Below, in pieces: positions 8,608 through 16,796 of a DNA stretch of 44,060 nt. The first letter of the stretch is position 1, and the number at the start of each line of letters is the position of its first letter. A program made the position numbers and the translations under genes. Source of the stretch: Marinilabiliales bacterium (lineage in GTDB: Bacteria > Bacteroidota > Bacteroidia > Bacteroidales > BM520); contig PKSY01000311.1 in NCBI GenBank assembly GCA_002869405.1, positions 1-44,060 of the forward strand, given 5' to 3'. The notes under the pieces are model-generated. The model did no database searches and had not been told where the DNA came from. It saw only the letters and a list, made by a program, of their open reading frames with translations.

Positions 8608-9291
8608 ATGAATACAGAGGAAAAACTGCTTGAATTTCTGATGGGATATGTGTCGGTAAACAGACAAAAACGGTTTAATGAAGTAATTCAAAACCGAACC
8701 CGTCATATTACAATGGTGATTGAAAATGTTTTTCAACCTCATAATGCAAGCGCTGTATTGCGCTCCTGCGACTGTTTCGGGATCCAGGATGTACATGTTA
8801 TCGAAAACTATAACTCCTATCAGGTGAACCCTAATATCGCGCTGGGAGCCTCCAAATGGCTTAACATGTATAAGTACAATGAAAATGAGTATAATACTGT
8901 TGAATGCCTTACTTCTCTGAAAGAAAAAGGATATACACTGGTTGCCACTTCACCTCATAAATACGATTATACTATTTCTGAACTGCCTCTGGATAATAAA
9001 GTTGCGGTAATGCTTGGCACAGAACTTCAGGGTCTGACAGATCAGGCGTTTGAAATGGCCGACTGTATAGTAAACATTCCAATGTTCGGTTTTACCGAAA
9101 GTTTTAATATCAGTGTTTCTGCTGCTCTGATTATGTATGAACTTACAAAACGACTACATGAATCTGATATTAACTGGCAACTTACTAAAGAAGAAAAACT
9201 GCAGGTAATGCTCGACTGGGCAAGAAATGCAGTGAAAAAATCAGATGCCATTGAAAAGGCATTCCGACGTCGGAATACAGAAGATTCTTAA
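8608..9291 (+). CDS. trmH: TrmH/SpoU-family RNA 2'-O-methyltransferase (TrmH-like)
   Basis: ENVFQPHNASAVLRSCDCFG, LGTELQG and IPMFGFTESFNISV SPOUT motifs. Confidence 0.88.
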   Translation: MNTEEKLLEFLMGYVSVNRQKRFNEVIQNRTRHITMVIENVFQPHNASAVLRSCDCFGIQDVHVIENYNSYQVNPNIALGASKWLNMYKYNENEYNTVECLTSLKEKGYTLVATSPHKYDYTISELPLDNKVAVMLGTELQGLTDQAFEMADCIVNIPMFGFTESFNISVSAALIMYELTKRLHESDINWQLTKEEKLQVMLDWARNAVKKSDAIEKAFRRRNTEDS

Positions 9292-9318
9292 AGAAGTTGC
9301 TTTTTACATAAAAAGCCA

Positions 9319-9326
9319 TATTTTTG
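9319..9326 (+). promoter_or_regulatory. -7 promoter element (TATTTTTG) for the bTHX gene
   Basis: TAnnTTTG 18 nt upstream of ATG 9345. Confidence 0.65.
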
Positions 9327-9344
9327 CAAAAAAATTTAATTGTC

Positions 9345-9473
9345 ATGGGAAAAGGAGATAAAAGAACTAAAAGAGGTAAGATTGTAAACGGTACTTTTGG
9401 AAAGTTTCGTCCTCGCAAACAGCGTAATGTTGAATCGCTTAAGGAACAATCTACCATTAAGGAAGAAAAATAA
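9345..9473 (+). CDS. 30S ribosomal protein bTHX (Thx/bS31), 42 aa (not in ORF track)
   Basis: Hand translation [42 protein letters not shown] matches the Thx pattern MGKGDxxTxRGKIxxGTxGKxRPRK. Has its own promoter motif. Confidence 0.93.
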   Translation: MGKGDKRTKRGKIVNGTFGKFRPRKQRNVESLKEQSTIKEEK

Positions 9474-9533
9474 GCTTCTCTATAAGAAATTGTGAATAGT
9501 CACTATCCTGTTTTATACAGGTAGTGGCTTTTT

Positions 9534-10898
9534 CTATTTTGTAAAACCGTTAATGGTTGAAACCAATTCCTTAAAGTGTTCGCCACGTTCTTCAAAGTTT
9601 TTATATCGGTCGTAGCTGGATGCTGCAGGGGAGAGCAGGCAAACTCCCTGCACAGAATCTGATTCAGTAATAAAGGAAATACACTCATTCATACTATTGC
9701 ACGTGATAATCCGTGTTTCGGTAATTCCTGCGGATAATGCCAATTCGCTTATTTTTTTTCCCGCTGCACCGGTAGCCAAAGCTGTGATTTGCTGCCGCTC
9801 TTTCAGATATTCCACAAGTTGACTATAATCTATTCCACGGTCGTAGCCTCCCAAAATAATATATTGAACGTTTTCAAGTGCCTCCATTGCAGCTATTGCA
9901 GCTTCGGGTACTGTAGAAATTGAATCATTATAGAAAATCAGGTCATTAACTTTGCCCACATATTCCAATCGATGCTGTAAAGGGGTGAAGGTCACAAGTG
10001 CCCCGGAAGCCTGCCCTGGTGTGACTCCGCCAATAACAGCAGCAGTTACTGCCGCTGCAATGTTTATGAGGTTATGCGATCCTTTCAGTGTGCAGGAAGG
10101 ATTTTGCAGATGAAAGCCCGGGCCAATAATCTCTTCTTTGGAAAAATAGATCTCTGCACTGCGACTAGTTGATGAAATCCCAACAGCCGTTACTCCGGAT
10201 ACAGATTTTTCACACCTTTTTAATATTGGATCATCTGCATAATAAATATAGGTATCTCCTGCAGCTTGCCGATAGCAAAAATTCAGCTTTGCGTTTTTGT
10301 ATTTGGAGAAATCACCAAAATGATCCAGATGCTCCTGGAATATATTTAATAATATCATTGTTGACGGGGCACGACTGAGGATTTCCCCCTGATGTGCCGA
10401 TAGCTCCATAATAATTTCAGTGTCAGAAGTTATTTGACTTATAAGGTCAAACACCGGAATACCAATATTTCCGGCCAACAGAACTTTTCTTCCTGATTCT
10501 TTATAAAGATGATATAGAAGTGATGCTGTTGTACTTTTCCCTTTTGTTCCTGAAACTCCTGTGGTCTGATGGAAATACTGCTGCAGGAAAAGATCAGTTT
10601 GTGAAGTAAGTACCGTTTTTGATACTTTATTCAATTTACGCAACGGAATTCCCGGAGTCTTTATAATTAAATCAAATACCTCAAGATTCATAAAGCAGTC
10701 ATCTCCGGTATGAAAAACGATATTATTGTCCCTGATGAATTCATTATAACCTGTGATTTCGGGATTCTCATCCGCGATATGAATCAATTTTTCCGGAAAC
10801 AGGTGGCGAAAATAGCTATATGTGCTTTTTCCCTCGCGTCCACAGCCAAGGATAAGTATTTGACTATGTGATGATAGAATATCTGCTATTATGGTCAT
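9534..10898 (-). CDS. murD: MurD-family ligase, likely MurD2 (UDP-MurNAc-L-Ala:L-Glu ligase)
   Basis: LGCGREG, P-loop SGTKGKSTT, LAGNIG, ELS, EHLD, HRLE, NDSIST, GGYDRG, LLSPAASSYD...FEERG. 4-nt ATGA overlap with the upstream murL-like gene. Confidence 0.85.
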   Translation of the reverse strand: MTIIADILSSHSQILILGCGREGKSTYSYFRHLFPEKLIHIADENPEITGYNEFIRDNNIVFHTGDDCFMNLEVFDLIIKTPGIPLRKLNKVSKTVLTSQTDLFLQQYFHQTTGVSGTKGKSTTASLLYHLYKESGRKVLLAGNIGIPVFDLISQITSDTEIIMELSAHQGEILSRAPSTMILLNIFQEHLDHFGDFSKYKNAKLNFCYRQAAGDTYIYYADDPILKRCEKSVSGVTAVGISSTSRSAEIYFSKEEIIGPGFHLQNPSCTLKGSHNLINIAAAVTAAVIGGVTPGQASGALVTFTPLQHRLEYVGKVNDLIFYNDSISTVPEAAIAAMEALENVQYIILGGYDRGIDYSQLVEYLKERQQITALATGAAGKKISELALSAGITETRIITCNSMNECISFITESDSVQGVCLLSPAASSYDRYKNFEERGEHFKELVSTINGFTK

Positions 10899-12244
10899 CT
10901 GACTGCCTTTTTAAGTATATCGAATTCCTCCAATGACAAGTTGTGATTTTTATCAAAAGTATCCAAAACATCGCTTAACGCAGAGGTGACAGAGATTATT
11001 TTTTTATCAATCAAGTCGAGCACTACTGGAAGATCAGTCTCTTTGTAATTATTAATTATGTATCGCAAGGCAAAGGTTACCTCTTCAGCAGTCCCCACAC
11101 ACTCAAATGGTTTTGCCGGCCACAGACCTGCAAGTTCTTCAGTGGTTTTTACAAGTCCGGAGTCCTTAAAAAGATTCTTATTGAAGATTTTGGTTACATC
11201 TTCTTCAGGTAAAAACAGCGACAGCATTATTGCTGTAAACATACACTTCGGGCATTTACCGCACCAGGAATTTGTTTTGCTGCCCACATTGCAACTCCTG
11301 AATTCTGCATGATGATGCTTTAGCTGTGAAAAGATCTTTGCAATCTGGACTTCTGACAAAGGTCTCAACATGCTGAAATACCGAAGGTCTTCAGTGATAT
11401 AACTCTTTACATAGCCTCTGAAGTCGTTTTCAAATTCCAGACTTTTGCTGTACTGGTGGTTAACATGACTTCCGTGCACTGTGCTTTCATTTGCGCTTGA
11501 CTCATTGGAAAGAGCAATGTTCTTTCTGCCTGCAAAAAGTGCTGCCGGCAATGATGTGAACGCGAGTAAAGCAGAGAACGGAGTGTGTCCGTTTAAAAAT
11601 CCTTCATCATTGAGTTTAAGCATCAATGGATCCAGCCGGCGTGTGACAAGAGCACTGTTGTGTTTATCAAAACCTGCTGCTGCAATGGTGCCGGTTTGCG
11701 CTTCCCGGGGATTTATAATAAAAGGTGTGGCATTTTTATGTTTCAATAATTCCAGGGTTACAACAGAATCTTTTCCTCCGCCTACAGGAATGAGATATCC
11801 TGAACCATCTGAAATTTTACCCTTTTGATATCGTTCTCCGGAACTTTGGAAGATAACGAAATCATCTGCATCAGCAGCTATACCGTTAATATAAAAGAAC
11901 TCTCCCAGACCATTGAACATGAGTTTCTTCCACCATTCTTTCTGATTAACTGATATTTCACCACAACGAATATTTATTATCGGTGCACATGTGATTTTCC
12001 AGTAACTAATCATCTCCACTAAACCAATATGGAATATCATGTTTTTAAGCAGATCCGCAGGAATTGAATCCGTGATATCTTTAGGTGTATGGAATGTCAG
12101 GGAAGGAGAAAAGAAAAAATGCTCAGCAATGTTAAATTGGTAAATTACAGTTAAATCTTCGGGCGTTTTTTGTATGTCGAAGCCACTAAATGTGAATACG
12201 GGGTACTGATTTCTCAGATCTGTATAATGTTGATTATTATTCAT
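10895..12244 (-). CDS. murL: MurL-like UDP-MurNAc-L-Ala-L-Glu epimerase
   Basis: PP-loop-like GGGKDS, LNGHTPFSA, SNESSANE, VNHQYSKS, FRSCN, WCGKCPKC, KPFECVG; coupled to a murD homolog. Confidence 0.8.
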   Translation of the reverse strand: MNNNQHYTDLRNQYPVFTFSGFDIQKTPEDLTVIYQFNIAEHFFFSPSLTFHTPKDITDSIPADLLKNMIFHIGLVEMISYWKITCAPIINIRCGEISVNQKEWWKKLMFNGLGEFFYINGIAADADDFVIFQSSGERYQKGKISDGSGYLIPVGGGKDSVVTLELLKHKNATPFIINPREAQTGTIAAAGFDKHNSALVTRRLDPLMLKLNDEGFLNGHTPFSALLAFTSLPAALFAGRKNIALSNESSANESTVHGSHVNHQYSKSLEFENDFRGYVKSYITEDLRYFSMLRPLSEVQIAKIFSQLKHHHAEFRSCNVGSKTNSWCGKCPKCMFTAIMLSLFLPEEDVTKIFNKNLFKDSGLVKTTEELAGLWPAKPFECVGTAEEVTFALRYIINNYKETDLPVVLDLIDKKIISVTSALSDVLDTFDKNHNLSLEEFDILKKAVR

Positions 12245-12278
12245 AAACGGGGAATATTTTATCGGTTATTCCGTTGGC

Positions 12279-12286
12279 CAAATATA
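12279..12286 (-). promoter_or_regulatory. -7 promoter element (TATATTTG) for murL-murD2
   Basis: TAnnTTTG on the minus strand, 34 nt upstream of the murL ATG. Confidence 0.6.
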
Positions 12287-12357
12287 CGATTTTAGAATAA
12301 ACGTTAGTATATTGCAACCCAAACGTCATTTGTGAGTCAAAGCAGAAATTTTGTGTT

Positions 12358-12924
12358 ATGGTCGATAAGGAATTAATCATACCTGCAGCAGGAAGGATTT
12401 TAATCTCAAAGCCTTCACTTGATGATTTTTATTTCGGCAGGTCTGTGGTATTACTTGCTGAACATAATGAGGAAGGATCCTTCGGAATTATCGTCAATAA
12501 ACCAATGAAAATAGGACTCCGGGATGCTATTGAAGGTTTTCGGGATTTTAATCCACCCCTGTTTTTTGGAGGGCCTGTGGAGACTGACACCATGTTTTTT
12601 ATTCACAGTCTTGGATTTGCTGTTCCCGGGGCGCAAAAGATTCGTGAAGGCTTATTCTGGGGTGGTGACCCGGATAAAATTCGTGAAATGGTTATCCTTA
12701 ACCAAATACGGCCGGAGGAGATTCGTTTTTTTCTGGGCTATTCCGGTTGGTCTGCCAAACAATTGGATCAGGAGATAAACCAGGATTCATGGATTGTGTC
12801 AGAAGCCCGTAGTGAACAGATATTCAAAATGAAGCCGGAAGATATGTGGAGCTCATCAATGAAAAGCCTGGGAAAGGATTACGCCATCTGGGCTAACCTT
12901 CCGTCTGATCCGGAGCTGAACTAA
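12358..12924 (+). CDS. YqgE/AlgH (UPF0301) family protein
   Basis: FGRSVVLLAEH...GIIVNKP, GGPV, RFFLGYSGWSAKQLDQEI...W, C-terminal PELN. Confidence 0.93.
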   Translation: MVDKELIIPAAGRILISKPSLDDFYFGRSVVLLAEHNEEGSFGIIVNKPMKIGLRDAIEGFRDFNPPLFFGGPVETDTMFFIHSLGFAVPGAQKIREGLFWGGDPDKIREMVILNQIRPEEIRFFLGYSGWSAKQLDQEINQDSWIVSEARSEQIFKMKPEDMWSSSMKSLGKDYAIWANLPSDPELN

Positions 12925-12959
12925 CCTACTGCTTATTTATTGAATTGCGTCTTATTTGG

Positions 12960-12967
12960 TATCTTTG
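12960..12967 (+). promoter_or_regulatory. -7 promoter element (TATCTTTG) for ispH-recF
   Basis: TAnnTTTG 17 nt before ATG 12985. Confidence 0.65.
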
Positions 12968-12984
12968 CGCATAAATGTTTAATC

Positions 12985-13851
12985 ATGTATGTAGAAATTG
13001 AAAAGAGTTCCGGATTCTGTTTTGGCGTGGTTCATGCCATTGAGGTTGCTGAACGGGAACTGCAGGATAATGACGAGCTGTACTGCATTGGTGACATTGT
13101 CCATAACCATAAAGAAGTCAACAGGCTTAATGAATTGGGTTTAAGGGTTATTGATCATGATAAATTGGATTCACTCAAGGGAAAAAAGGTTTTAATTCGT
13201 GCTCACGGTGAGCATCCTGATACCTACATCAAAGCATTTAGCAAAGGGATTAACCTGATTGATGCAACCTGCCCGGTAGTATTAAGATTGCAGAATAAGA
13301 TACGTAAGGCTTCAGAAAAAATGCAGGAAGTTAACGGACAGGTGGTAATTTTTGGAAAGCCTAATCATCCTGAAGTAAATGGTTTATTAGGCCAGACACT
13401 TGGGAACGGAATTGTGATTTCGGAGATGAACGATCTCGAAAAAATTGATTTCTCCCGTCCTGTGAGCCTTTTTGTGCAAACCACAAAGGGGATAGATCAG
13501 TTTCATGAGGTTCGGGATGAAATTATTCGAAGAATGAAGGAGATTAATCCGGATAATTCACCGGAAATCACTGATTCAATATGCCGGCAGATGTCCAACA
13601 GAGTGCCTGAACTTCAGTCGTTTGTGAAGGATTTTGATGTAATCATATTTGTGAGCGGCAAAAAGAGTTCCAATGGTAATTTTCTCTATAAAAAATGTAA
13701 GGAAGTAAATGATAATACCTGGTTTGTATCTGAAAAAGACGAGATTAGTGAGGAATGGTTTTCAAATGCAGAGCGTGTAGGGATCTGTGGTGCCACTTCA
13801 ACACCAATGTGGCTTATGGAAGAAATAGCATCAATAATTAAAGCGATATAA
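12985..13851 (+). CDS. ispH: 4-hydroxy-3-methylbut-2-enyl diphosphate reductase
   Basis: GFCFGV, IVHN, RAHG, DATCPVV, HPEV, QTT, DSIC, SSN, GATSTP; three Fe-S cysteines. Start set at MYVEIE. Confidence 0.97.
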   Translation: MYVEIEKSSGFCFGVVHAIEVAERELQDNDELYCIGDIVHNHKEVNRLNELGLRVIDHDKLDSLKGKKVLIRAHGEHPDTYIKAFSKGINLIDATCPVVLRLQNKIRKASEKMQEVNGQVVIFGKPNHPEVNGLLGQTLGNGIVISEMNDLEKIDFSRPVSLFVQTTKGIDQFHEVRDEIIRRMKEINPDNSPEITDSICRQMSNRVPELQSFVKDFDVIIFVSGKKSSNGNFLYKKCKEVNDNTWFVSEKDEISEEWFSNAERVGICGATSTPMWLMEEIASIIKAI

Positions 13852-13856
13852 CCTGT

Positions 13857-14987
13857 ATGTACCTGAAACAACTCATTATTTCGAATTTTAAGAATTATGG
13901 AGAAACTTCTCTGGAATGTTCATCAAAACTGAATTGTTTTACAGGTCCCAATGGTGCAGGAAAAACCAATATCCTTGATGCTGTTTATTATCTGTCGTAT
14001 TGTAAATCTGGTTTTAACGCTACTGATCAGCAAAATATCAGGCATGAAAATGATTTTTTTGCCATTCATGGAATTTTTAATAGCGGAGAAAATCCTGATG
14101 ATAAGGTGAGCTGTGTGCTGAAGCGTGGAAGTAAAAAACAGTTTAGCATTAACAAGAAGGAGTATCAGCGTCTTGCAGATCATATTGGAAAATTTCCACT
14201 GGTGATGATAAGTCCGTATGACCAGGACCTGATTAATAATGGCAGCGAAGTTCGAAGGAAATATTTTGATAGTGTAATAGCTCAGTTTGATGCCGTATAT
14301 TTAGATAATCTGATACAGTATAACAGGGCACTTGCTCAGCGCAATACGTTGTTAAAAAGGTTTGCGGATACTGGTAATTTTCAGGAAGAAGCACTGGAAA
14401 TATGGAATGAGCAACTGGTGCAGTATGGCGTTACACTGAATGAAAAACGACGCGTTTTTGCCGGTGAGTTCATCCCTGTTCTGCAGAAATTCTATACCCA
14501 TGTTTCAGGTGGTAATGAAGAGGTTAGTGTTGAGTATATTTCTCAGCTGAATGACAGCTCCCCGGAGTTGCTTCTTCAGGAATCGGTGATGAAAGACAGG
14601 GTTTTGAAATATACGACAACAGGAATTCATAAGGATGATTATGCTTTCAGGATGAATGGACATGCTGTAAAAAAGTATGGTTCACAGGGACAACAGAAAT
14701 CCTTTTATATTGCAGCCAAGCTGGCTCAGTTTGAATATACTCAGGCGAAAAAAGGTTTTAAGCCGATTCTTTTGCTGGATGATATTTTTGATAAACTGGA
14801 TGATACCCGTGTAAGTGCCATTGTAAAGCTGGTTGCTGATAACATGTTCGGCCAGGTTTTTATCACCGACACACAAAGCGAACGTATTGAAAGACTTGTT
14901 TCAGAGAGTAATGCGGAATATTTACATTATGTGGTTGACAACGCTTCTGTAAAGAAAAACGGTTTTACCGAAACACCACATTCCTGA
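13857..14987 (+). CDS. recF: DNA replication/repair protein RecF
   Basis: NFKNY, GPNGAGKTN, QRNTLLK, GIHKDD, GSQGQQK, LLLDD. Confidence 0.96.
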   Translation: MYLKQLIISNFKNYGETSLECSSKLNCFTGPNGAGKTNILDAVYYLSYCKSGFNATDQQNIRHENDFFAIHGIFNSGENPDDKVSCVLKRGSKKQFSINKKEYQRLADHIGKFPLVMISPYDQDLINNGSEVRRKYFDSVIAQFDAVYLDNLIQYNRALAQRNTLLKRFADTGNFQEEALEIWNEQLVQYGVTLNEKRRVFAGEFIPVLQKFYTHVSGGNEEVSVEYISQLNDSSPELLLQESVMKDRVLKYTTTGIHKDDYAFRMNGHAVKKYGSQGQQKSFYIAAKLAQFEYTQAKKGFKPILLLDDIFDKLDDTRVSAIVKLVADNMFGQVFITDTQSERIERLVSESNAEYLHYVVDNASVKKNGFTETPHS

Positions 14988-15258
14988 CAATCTCTTTCCC
15001 TACTTTTTCATTTATCAGGAACAACAGTTGCTCACGGGAATAGACCAGTTCATTGCGGAGTGCTGCGTTGTCAACCGCTACAAAAAGTGTGTCGTTTTTC
15101 ATTTTTACCGAAAGGGTATGTTTGACAATCAACTCACCGGCAACATCATAATAGGCAGAAATAACCTTCGACCTTTCCACTTCTCCTTCAATGCGGTAGG
15201 TTTTTAAAAGGAGACTTATGGCCTCTTTCATGCTGTATGTATTGTCTTTTCTGACCAT
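14965..15258 (-). CDS. DUF721 / DciA-family protein
   Basis: 97 aa; 'TLFVAVDNAALRNELVYSREQLLFLINEKVGKEIVRNVVFR' is typical of Bacteroidota DUF721. Confidence 0.8.
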   Translation of the reverse strand: MVRKDNTYSMKEAISLLLKTYRIEGEVERSKVISAYYDVAGELIVKHTLSVKMKNDTLFVAVDNAALRNELVYSREQLLFLINEKVGKEIVRNVVFR

Positions 15259-15261
15259 AGT

Positions 15262-15873
15262 CTATTTTATGAGCGTAGAGAGCATTTTTTTGTCTTCAAT
15301 GAATCCTTCAAGCCTGTCGCCAATTTTAACTGGCCCAACCCCTGAAGGTGTTCCGGTAAAAATAATATCTCCCATTTTAAGGGTAATATATTTTGAAACA
15401 TGGGCAATTATCCTGTCCACAGAAAATATCATATCCTTAGAGAATCCGTGTTGTACAACTTCGCCGTTCTTTTTCAGCGAAAACTCGATGTTTTCAACAT
15501 TCTTCAGGTCGGTAAGAGGGATGAACCTGCTTATTGGTGCCGAAGAATCAAAGCCTTTGGCAATCTCCCACGGCGCTCCGTTTTGTTTGCATTTTTGCTG
15601 TAAGTCTCTGGCTGTCATGTCAAGACCAAACCCTATTTCAGAATAGTAATCATTAGCAAAAGCTTCGCGTATGTGCTTCCCGTTTCTGTCTATGCGTATA
15701 ACAAGCTCAGCCTCATAATGAATATTGTTTGAATAATCCGGGTAGTAGAAGGGCCTGTTTCTCAATAAAAGAGCGGTATCCGGTTTCAGAAAAAAAACAG
15801 GATCTTCATTTTCAGGGCTGTTCATCTCTTTAACATGATCAGCGTAGTTTCTTCCTATGCAGATGATTTTCAT
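15262..15873 (-). CDS. Fumarylacetoacetate hydrolase family protein
   Basis: MKIICIGRNYADH, FFLKP, HYEAEL, DMTARDLQ, AKGFD, FTGTPSGVG. Start set at MKIICIG. Confidence 0.95.
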   Translation of the reverse strand: MKIICIGRNYADHVKEMNSPENEDPVFFLKPDTALLLRNRPFYYPDYSNNIHYEAELVIRIDRNGKHIREAFANDYYSEIGFGLDMTARDLQQKCKQNGAPWEIAKGFDSSAPISRFIPLTDLKNVENIEFSLKKNGEVVQHGFSKDMIFSVDRIIAHVSKYITLKMGDIIFTGTPSGVGPVKIGDRLEGFIEDKKMLSTLIK

Positions 15874-15880
15874 AGTTGTG

Positions 15881-16708
15881 TTATTTGAAGATAAGCCCCT
15901 GAGGATTAGGTCTTGATTTAAAGTAAAGCTCCTGAATAACTTTTTTCGTATAGAGAGGAAAATCACTCTTCATCATCCAATCGTAATATTGTGGTTCTTT
16001 ATTGAAGACATCCACAACACGTTGCCCCTTGAATTTTCCAAAATTGAAAACCTCTTCATCTTTTTCATTGAAAATGATTTGTCCTGTGAGATCGGCATTT
16101 TTTGTTCTTGCGGTAAATTCACTCAATGCTTTCATGTCGTTTACAACAGGAGTAAAAACATTACCTTTTTTATCTTTTAAAGGTGTTTCTTTATATCTGT
16201 CGAGCTGAGCTTTTAAGACCTCATAGGTTGCAATTGTATCAGCCTCAGCTGTATGAGCATCTTCGAGGTTTTTATCACAATAGAACTTGTATGCAGCGGA
16301 GAGCGTGCGTTGTTCCATTCTGTGGAAAATATTTTGCACATCCACAACTCTTCTGTTTCGCATTTCAAAATCTACGCCCGCTCTGAGAAACTCTTCCACA
16401 AGTAAAGGAATATCAAAACGCAATGCATTGTAACCGGCCAGGTCGCAATTTTGAAGAAATTGATTCAAATCTGCGGCAACCTGTTTAAAAGTAGGCTGAT
16501 CAATAACATCCTTATCATAGATTCCATGGATTTCCGAAACCTCTTTGGGAATTGGTATTGTCGGGTTGATTTTGGATGTTTTAATGATTTCCTCTCCTTC
16601 GGGAGTGACCTTTAACACTGAGAATTCTACAATTCGGTCTTTAGCTATGTTGAGTCCTGTAGTTTCCAGATCAAAAAATGCAATAGGTTTTGTGAGATTC
16701 AGTTCCAT
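15881..16708 (-). CDS. DEDDh 3'-5' exonuclease (DnaQ / Pol III epsilon-like)
   Basis: FFDLETTG, GYNALRFD, AHTAEAD; C-terminal FNFGKFKG motif. Confidence 0.92.
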   Translation of the reverse strand: MELNLTKPIAFFDLETTGLNIAKDRIVEFSVLKVTPEGEEIIKTSKINPTIPIPKEVSEIHGIYDKDVIDQPTFKQVAADLNQFLQNCDLAGYNALRFDIPLLVEEFLRAGVDFEMRNRRVVDVQNIFHRMEQRTLSAAYKFYCDKNLEDAHTAEADTIATYEVLKAQLDRYKETPLKDKKGNVFTPVVNDMKALSEFTARTKNADLTGQIIFNEKDEEVFNFGKFKGQRVVDVFNKEPQYYDWMMKSDFPLYTKKVIQELYFKSRPNPQGLIFK

Positions 16709-16728
16709 GAGTCTTTTTTAAATAAATA

Positions 16729-16756
16729 CGCTGCGCAGAAATACTCCTGCGCAGCG
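16729..16756. promoter_or_regulatory. GC-rich perfect hairpin between the E2 and exonuclease genes
   Basis: CGCTGCGCAG-aaatactc-CTGCGCAGCG (10-bp arms). A minus-strand TAACTTTG promoter motif lies upstream at 16776-16783. Confidence 0.6.
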
Positions 16757-16796
16757 AAATTTTCATTTCGTAACACAAAGTTACAAAAAAGGGATG

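Noticed and set aside
9185-9457. 90-aa minus-strand ORF
   Set aside because: Antisense shadow of bTHX and the trmH 3' end.
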